Made by a program: the position numbers and the translations under genes. Of a stretch of DNA of 64,000 nt, positions 58,120 to 64,000 are shown one piece after another (position 1 is the stretch's first letter; each line of letters begins with the position of its first letter). Origin of the DNA: Chloroflexota bacterium (GTDB lineage: Bacteria > Chloroflexota > UBA11872 > UBA12225 > JAJDUF01); assembly GCA_965214295.1 (NCBI GenBank), contig OZ243944.1, positions 75,693 through 139,692 of the forward strand. The letters run 5' to 3'. The notes under the pieces were generated by a model. The model ran no database searches and was not told the DNA's origin. It saw nothing but the letters and a program-made list of their open reading frames with translations.

Positions 58120-59628
58120 GTGGCTGAGATCACGCGCAGAAGGTATATCGGTGGCGCTGGCGCCTTGCTCGGTGGCCTGCTGGCCGTCGCCTGCGGCGAG
58201 GTGGAGATTCGCTATGTCCAGGGCCCGGCCGGCCCGGCCGGCCCGGCCGGCGCGCAGGGTGAGCGTGGTTCGACCGGTGCCCAGGGCGTTGAGGGCGCAG
58301 CCGGCGCGGCGGGCAAGACCATTGTCGTGGACAAGCCGGTCACGCAGGTCGTCGAGAAGACGATTGTGGCTGCACCCACCAGGAAGGTGGTCATGTGGAC
58401 CGGGTTCTGGCGCGGTGGCAACATGAGCGACCGTGGCACCGGCTGGACCGACCTGACCAACCAGTGGAATGGCGAGCGCCAGGACATCATCTTCGTGCTG
58501 CAGCCCGTAGCTGGGCAGGGCAACAACACGGACGAGAAGATCATCTCCAACTACGCCGCGGGCACGCCGCCCGATCTGGTGCATACCGCCTATTGGAGCG
58601 GTGGGGTCTACGGTATCCGGGACATGCTCCCGGAGTTGATGGAGACCTACATCCGGCAGGACAAAGAGTACGCCGACTCGATGGACGACTTCTTCCCCCA
58701 CTTGCTGGAGTCGAGCTACTGGGAGGGTAAGCTGTGGAGCCTGCCGCAGGAAACCAACGCCGACCTGCCGTACACCAACCTGGCTTTCGTGCGGGAAGCC
58801 GGCCTGGAGCCGCTGACGCTCGGCTTCACCTGGGACGACTGGGTGGAGTGGATGAAGGTGATGCAGACCAGTCTGGGGGACGGCAAGGAGTCGGGCAAGT
58901 GGGCCATCGGCCACATGCTGAACACGGTGGTGTGGTGGAACCTGGTCTTCCAGGCTGGCGGGAGCATCTTCAACGAGGACCGCACCAAGCTCGTACTTGA
59001 TTCTCCGGCGGCGCTCGAAGCGTTGCAGTTCGTCTCCGACATCCACCACAAGCACCAGGTCGCGGTGCCGCACGGGGACTACTACAAGGAGACCGGCAAG
59101 GAGCGCCCCAGCTTCCGCAAAGGCCAGATCGGCATGTTCTATGAGACGAGCGCGTCGCGCTTGGTCTCCTGGGCACTAGACATCGGCGGCTTGGAAAACA
59201 TGTACGTCACCCCGTCGCCGATCAAGAAGCAGCCGTTCGTGGCGAATTTCGGCCAGAACACCTACCTGTTCAAGACGAACACCGAGCAGCAGGAAGCTGC
59301 TTGGCAGGTGATGCGCTGGCTGACGAGCACGAATGCCGCGGCGCACTACGCGGCGGTGACGATGTTCTTGGCGCCACGGAAGTCGGTGCTCACGCATTCC
59401 GAGTATCAGGCGGTGCGCGATCGGGTGCCGCAGTTCGAGACATTCGTCGAGAGCTTGAACTACGGCTTCCGTCCGTTCCACCCCACGCTCCCGAGCATGT
59501 TCGGCGGCATTGGTGGAATGCTCAGCGAGGCCGGCAAGAACCCGAATGCCAACCTGAAGGACGGTCTTGAGGAGATGGTGCGGGTCGAGAATGCCAAGCT
59601 GGAGAAGTGGACCGCGGACAACTCCTAG
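58120..59628 (+). CDS. Sugar-type ABC solute-binding lipoprotein with Tat signal and collagen-like segment (copy 1)
   Basis: TRRRY..LAVAC, (GPA)n, AAGTPPD, W.GKLWSLP, TWDDW. Confidence 0.88.
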   Translation: MAEITRRRYIGGAGALLGGLLAVACGEVEIRYVQGPAGPAGPAGAQGERGSTGAQGVEGAAGAAGKTIVVDKPVTQVVEKTIVAAPTRKVVMWTGFWRGGNMSDRGTGWTDLTNQWNGERQDIIFVLQPVAGQGNNTDEKIISNYAAGTPPDLVHTAYWSGGVYGIRDMLPELMETYIRQDKEYADSMDDFFPHLLESSYWEGKLWSLPQETNADLPYTNLAFVREAGLEPLTLGFTWDDWVEWMKVMQTSLGDGKESGKWAIGHMLNTVVWWNLVFQAGGSIFNEDRTKLVLDSPAALEALQFVSDIHHKHQVAVPHGDYYKETGKERPSFRKGQIGMFYETSASRLVSWALDIGGLENMYVTPSPIKKQPFVANFGQNTYLFKTNTEQQEAAWQVMRWLTSTNAAAHYAAVTMFLAPRKSVLTHSEYQAVRDRVPQFETFVESLNYGFRPFHPTLPSMFGGIGGMLSEAGKNPNANLKDGLEEMVRVENAKLEKWTADNS

Positions 59629-59694
59629 CCGAAGCCGGAGTAGCCGCCCACGGCGGCTCAGTTGGATCGTCGGGCCGTCCTGCGGCTCGAATGC

Positions 59695-59745
59695 AAAGGT
59701 TGCACAGGAGCCATCGCGTTCCTGTGCAACCTTCTTTTTTTCTTT
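59695..59745 (+). terminator. Intrinsic terminator (duplicated at 61781-61830)
   Basis: AAGGTTGCACAGGA...TCCTGTGCAACCTT followed by a T-run. Confidence 0.85.
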
Positions 59746-59820
59746 CCTCACCGACCGGGAGGATCGTGCCCATGAGCCGGTGATCCGTGGCGACGAGCCG
59801 GTTGTAGCGGCGCAGCCTCA
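59746..59820 (-). pseudogene. O-methyltransferase 3' fragment
   Basis: LRRYNRLVATDHRLMGTILPVGE matches the C-terminus of 57174-57815. Confidence 0.8.
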
Positions 59821-60207
59821 GCCGGCCCGAGGCACTCTTGCAGCAACAGGTCAGTTTCAGGATAGCGAACGGGCACGCCGGCAGCTTGAGTGGTACCCGG
59901 ACGGTTTCGCCGCCGGTCTTGGGGCTTGCCAAGCGCCTCCGGTGCCGGCTTGACCTGTGCGGGCAAATAAAGTATCGTGCGTTCGAGATAGATACCTGCT
60001 TCCCGTGCCTGCCGTAGCGGGTACGGCGTTGTGGCCGGGTGCAGCCAGTGCGTTGAAGCAGGCGGCTACGCCAGTTGCGGGAGGTGATTGGGCAAAGGAC
60101 ACGAGCGCAAGACTGCATGCCGTTCTAGTCTGCTCAAGCCTCCTGAGAGGTCTTGTCGAGCAGGTGCAAAAGCCGATGCAAGCGGTAGCTTGCAGGAGGA
60201 AGGTATC

Positions 60208-61713
60208 GTGGCTGAGATCACGCGCAGAAAGTATGTCGGTGGCGCTGGCGCTTTGCTCGGTGGCCTGTTGGCCGTCGCCTGCGGCGAGGTGGAGATTCGC
60301 TATGTCCAGGGCCCGGCCGGCCCGGCCGGCCCGGCCGGCGCGCAGGGTGAGCGCGGTTCGACCGGTGCCCAGGGCGTTGAGGGCGCAGCCGGCGCGGCGG
60401 GCAAGACCATTGTCGTGGACAAGCCGGTCACGCAGGTCGTCGAGAAGACGATTGTGGCTGCACCCACCAGGAAGGTGGTCATGTGGACCGGGTTCTGGCG
60501 CGGTGGCAACATGAGCGACCGTGGCACCGGCTGGACCGACCTGACCAACCAGTGGAATGGCGAGCGCCAGGACATCATCTTCGTGCTGCAGCCGGTGTCT
60601 GGCCAGGGCGACAACACCAATGCCAAGATCATCTCCAACTACGCTGCAGGGACGGTACCCGATCTGGTACATACCGCTTACTGGAGCGGGGGCGTCTTCG
60701 GCACCCGCGACATGCTCCCTGATCTGCAGGAGACCTACATCCGGCACGACAAAGAGTACGCCGACTCGATGGACGACTTTTTCCCGCATCTGCTGGAGTC
60801 CAGCATGTGGGAGGGTAAGCTGTGGAGTTTGCCCCAGGAAACCAACGCCGACCTGCCCTACACCAACCTGGATGTGGTACGGAAAGCGGGCCTGGAGCCG
60901 CTGAGGCTCGGTTACACCTGGGAGGATCTGACCGAGTACCTCAAGACGATTCAGCAGACCCTTGGCCCAGGTGAGCAGTCGGGCAAATGGGCCATGAGTG
61001 GCATGATGGGTAATGTGAACTTCATCAATCTGCTTAAGCAGGCTGGTGGAGAGTTTTACAACGCAGACCGCACCAAGATCATCTACAACAGTCCAGAAGG
61101 CGTGGAAGCACTGCAGTACGTCGCAGACCTGATCCACAACCACCAGGTGCATGTGCCCCACAGTAGCTACTTCGAGGCCAGCGGCAAGGACCGTCCGAGT
61201 TTTCGCAAAGGTAGCATCGCTATGAACTACGAGACGAGCGCTTCCCGTCTCGTCACCTGGGCGCAAGACATCGGCGGCTTGGACAACATGTACGTCACGC
61301 CGTCGCCCACGCGGAAGCAGCCCTTTGTGGCGACCTTTGGCCAGAACACCTTTATGTTCAAGACGAACACCGAGCAGCAGGAAGCTGCTTGGCAGGTGAT
61401 GCGCTGGCTGACGAGCACCAATGCCGCAGCGCACTACGCGGCGGTGACGATGTTCTTGGCGCCACGGAAGTCGGTGCTCACGCATTCCGAGTATCAGGCG
61501 GTGCGCGATCGGGTGCCGCAGTTCGAGACCTTTATCGAGGGTTTGAGCTATGCCTTCCGGCCGTTCCATCCAATGTTCCCCGACCACTACGGTGGGTTTA
61601 GCAATCTGGCCGCGAAGATCTGGACGACTCCGGGCACCTCGGTCAAAGACGGGCTGGATGAGGCGGTCCGTGTGCTGAACGCCAAGCTGGACCAGTGGAA
61701 CGCGCAGAACTAG
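60208..61713 (+). CDS. Sugar-type ABC solute-binding lipoprotein (copy 2)
   Basis: Paralog of 58120-59628; RBS AGGAGG. Confidence 0.88.
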   Translation: MAEITRRKYVGGAGALLGGLLAVACGEVEIRYVQGPAGPAGPAGAQGERGSTGAQGVEGAAGAAGKTIVVDKPVTQVVEKTIVAAPTRKVVMWTGFWRGGNMSDRGTGWTDLTNQWNGERQDIIFVLQPVSGQGDNTNAKIISNYAAGTVPDLVHTAYWSGGVFGTRDMLPDLQETYIRHDKEYADSMDDFFPHLLESSMWEGKLWSLPQETNADLPYTNLDVVRKAGLEPLRLGYTWEDLTEYLKTIQQTLGPGEQSGKWAMSGMMGNVNFINLLKQAGGEFYNADRTKIIYNSPEGVEALQYVADLIHNHQVHVPHSSYFEASGKDRPSFRKGSIAMNYETSASRLVTWAQDIGGLDNMYVTPSPTRKQPFVATFGQNTFMFKTNTEQQEAAWQVMRWLTSTNAAAHYAAVTMFLAPRKSVLTHSEYQAVRDRVPQFETFIEGLSYAFRPFHPMFPDHYGGFSNLAAKIWTTPGTSVKDGLDEAVRVLNAKLDQWNAQN

Positions 61714-61851
61714 CTGAGGCTAGAGTAGCCTGCCGGGGCGGCTTGGATAGGATCGTCGGGCCGTTCGGCGGTTCGAATACAAAGGTTGCACAGGAGCCAT
61801 CGCGTTCCTGTGCAACCTTCTTTTTTCTTTCCTCACCCCCGGCCCGCTGCC

Positions 61852-63060
61852 CTAGCCTTCCAGCCGGAAGAAGCTGCCGGCGATGTGGCGGGTGCCGCCA
61901 AAGTTGTTCCCGTCGTCCTCCATGAAGTAGTAGGCCGTGAAGATGCGCCCGTCGTCGAGCTGTGTGGCGACTGGATAGCCTAAGTCGCCGCCGCTGCCAT
62001 CGGCCCGCACAATCACTTCGGCCGACCAAGTAGCGCCGTCGTCCCCGCTGACAATCAGTCCGATCCCGGTGGGTGGCTTGCGCCGCGCAAAGATCACTAC
62101 GATCCGCCCATCCCGCAGGCGCATCGGCCACGGCGAGCGATAGTACACGCCGCGACGGGCTACTTGCGGGTGGCGCCGCGCGGCCCACGGCGATTGCCCC
62201 CACGCCACAATCGGCCGAGGGGCGCTCCAGCTTGCGCCGCCGTCATCGGAGTAGGCTAGTTGGATGGCATTGCGAATGCCGCCGATATTGAGCATGTAGC
62301 ACTGCAAGCGCCCGCTTGGCAGCAGCAGCAAACCCGCGTAGGTGGGCCGTCCCACGCCCGTAGGATCGCGCGCCACCTCCGCCACGTACTCCCAAGTGAG
62401 ACCGTGGTCGTCGGAGCCGAAGACGCCCACGCCGCCAGGCATCCCTCCACTGTCCCGAACAGCGGTCATCGTCATCGTCATCACGCCCAGCAGCGTGCCG
62501 TCGGGAAACTGCACCAGCGGGTGGGCATCGCGGTGCAGTCCCCCACCGTGCGGACTCGTCACCCGCGTGGGCACCGCCTCCCAGGTGCGTCCCCGGTCCC
62601 CGGAGCGGAACGCGAAGCACTCCAGCGTAGGCTGACCACCCGGTCCGGGCGGCCCGGTCGCCGGACGTGGGAAATACACGGCGGCAGCGGGGCTGGTGAG
62701 GTCAATGTGCTCCCGGGCGACGCCCGGCTCGTCGGCGCGGGCGACAATCGCCCGTTTCTCCTCCAGCGGCAACGACTCGTCCCAGACCACAACATCGTGC
62801 TCGCGGGGCCAGGTCTCGCCGTGATCGAACGAGCGCTGGAGCAGAATCCGGGCGCGGCTGGCGTAGCCGTTCGTGAAAGAGTGGCTGATGTCGCTGATGG
62901 TCTCGTACTGGGAAGGCGCATGGCTATGTAGGACTGCCAGCTCGCCGTTGCCGTAGTTGAAGATGCCACTTTGCCGGGGATGACCGCAGTAGCGCTCCTC
63001 GCTGTAGCATAGCTTGGTGTGGCGCACGTCCGTCAGCGCCGGGCTAGCGCGTTGCATCAT
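61852..63060 (-). CDS. BNR/Asp-box sialidase-like protein
   Basis: Repeated S.D.G.TW boxes, DLGYP..QL.DG.I.T.YY. Confidence 0.85.
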   Translation of the reverse strand: MMQRASPALTDVRHTKLCYSEERYCGHPRQSGIFNYGNGELAVLHSHAPSQYETISDISHSFTNGYASRARILLQRSFDHGETWPREHDVVVWDESLPLEEKRAIVARADEPGVAREHIDLTSPAAAVYFPRPATGPPGPGGQPTLECFAFRSGDRGRTWEAVPTRVTSPHGGGLHRDAHPLVQFPDGTLLGVMTMTMTAVRDSGGMPGGVGVFGSDDHGLTWEYVAEVARDPTGVGRPTYAGLLLLPSGRLQCYMLNIGGIRNAIQLAYSDDGGASWSAPRPIVAWGQSPWAARRHPQVARRGVYYRSPWPMRLRDGRIVVIFARRKPPTGIGLIVSGDDGATWSAEVIVRADGSGGDLGYPVATQLDDGRIFTAYYFMEDDGNNFGGTRHIAGSFFRLEG

Positions 63061-63473
63061 ATTCCCTCTCCGATCTTGTGCTGTAGTCTCACTCCCGGAC
63101 GAGCACGGCTTGGCTGTCCTCCGCTCAGTGTAGCCGGCGCATGGCTCCGGCGCGGAGGAGGGCACTATCGCCCGGCGCCAGCCCGACCTCCAGGCCGGCC
63201 GTCTATGGTCAAGCACCATCTCCCCTCGATGGCCGGCCAGTGCTCATTGACCGGCAGCCGCACCGCTGCGAGGCCCATACCGGTAGCGAAGGTGAGCAAG
63301 CGCAACCTGCTACGGGGCTGGACTGGCACCAGCGAGACTACTATAATCGCTCCCGGAAAGGTCCGGCTAGTGGTACTAGGTTAGCCGGTGACGCTGCACA
63401 CGCTGCGCCTCCAACGGTGCGTGCGAGAGGCACCCTGATGGCTGAAAGCTGAGAGTTGAGAGAGGAGGACACG

Positions 63474-64000
63474 ATGGCTAACCTGAAGGCGGCGCTGATC
63501 GGCTGCGGGGGCATGGGACGCGGTCACGCCCTGGCCGGGCAGCAGCTTGGAGTCGAGGCGGTAGCATTCTGCGACGTGATCGAGTCGGCCGCCGAGCGGG
63601 CGCGCGAGGAGTTTGGCGGTCGCTACGCCACCACGGACGCCGGCCGGATCATGCGCGATGACAGCATTGACTTGCTCTATATCGCCACCCACCACGACGC
63701 GCATTACCCGCTCGCGCTGGCCGGGGCGCAAGCCGGGAAGCACCTGCTGCTGGAGAAGCCCCTGTGCATCATGCGCCATCAAGCCGTGGAGGTCGCCGAG
63801 GCCGTCGAGCAGGCCGGGGTCAAGGCAGTCGTGGACCATTGGTTCCGTATCCAGCCGACGACCCAGAAAATCCGCGAGCTGATCCCCCATCCCCGCCTCA
63901 GTCACGGCCAGCTGGCCATGCAGAACTACAACACGGGGGAGGTGGGTGCTACGTGGCTATGGGACAAGGACGATGGCGGCGGCCTGCTCGTCAGCACGGC
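63474..64000 (+). CDS. Gfo/Idh/MocA oxidoreductase (partial, runs off window)
   Basis: Manual translation MANLKAALIGCGGMG...GKHLLLEKP; RBS GGAGG. Confidence 0.88.
   Translation, partial: MANLKAALIGCGGMGRGHALAGQQLGVEAVAFCDVIESAAERAREEFGGRYATTDAGRIMRDDSIDLLYIATHHDAHYPLALAGAQAGKHLLLEKPLCIMRHQAVEVAEAVEQAGVKAVVDHWFRIQPTTQKIRELIPHPRLSHGQLAMQNYNTGEVGATWLWDKDDGGGLLVST

Noticed and set aside
59857-61587. Long antisense ORFs (also 9999-11453, 22299-23648, 51456-53027)
   Set aside because: Typical high-GC shadow frames opposite well-supported genes.
63127-63136. AGTGTAGCCG, identical to the first 10 nt of the CRISPR repeat
   Set aside because: Match stops at 10 nt; more likely an ordinary -10 box (TACACT) for the gene starting at 63060.

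Overview
High-GC bacterial window, probably Chloroflexota. This placement is inferred from gene style, and an LRR surface protein plus several PhyH dioxygenases and TA modules suggest a host-associated or sponge-symbiont-type genome. It carries housekeeping genes (plsY, ilvE, nfo, yebC-ruvCAB-queA, uvrB, dapC/dapD/lysA-like, tRNA-Lys), a SAM-I riboswitch upstream of a ThrC-like gene and a sulfur-carrier gene, catabolic enzymes and ABC binding proteins. The standout is a type II-C CRISPR-Cas9 locus (8.4-16.3 kb). It has intact cas9-cas1-cas2 and a tracrRNA but only one conventional 30-bp spacer. Five further degenerate repeat copies, together with canonical repeat R2, bracket four 577-705-bp intervals. 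Each interval holds complete genes on the crRNA strand: three paralogous coiled-coil membrane-anchored proteins, a membrane protein and a toxin-antitoxin pair. The repeat itself reads as a full -35/17/-10 promoter, so the locus looks like an integron-style gene-cassette array punctuated by CRISPR repeats. Also present: a two-copy MITE with 9-bp target duplications, several eroded genes, and structured RNA leaders.
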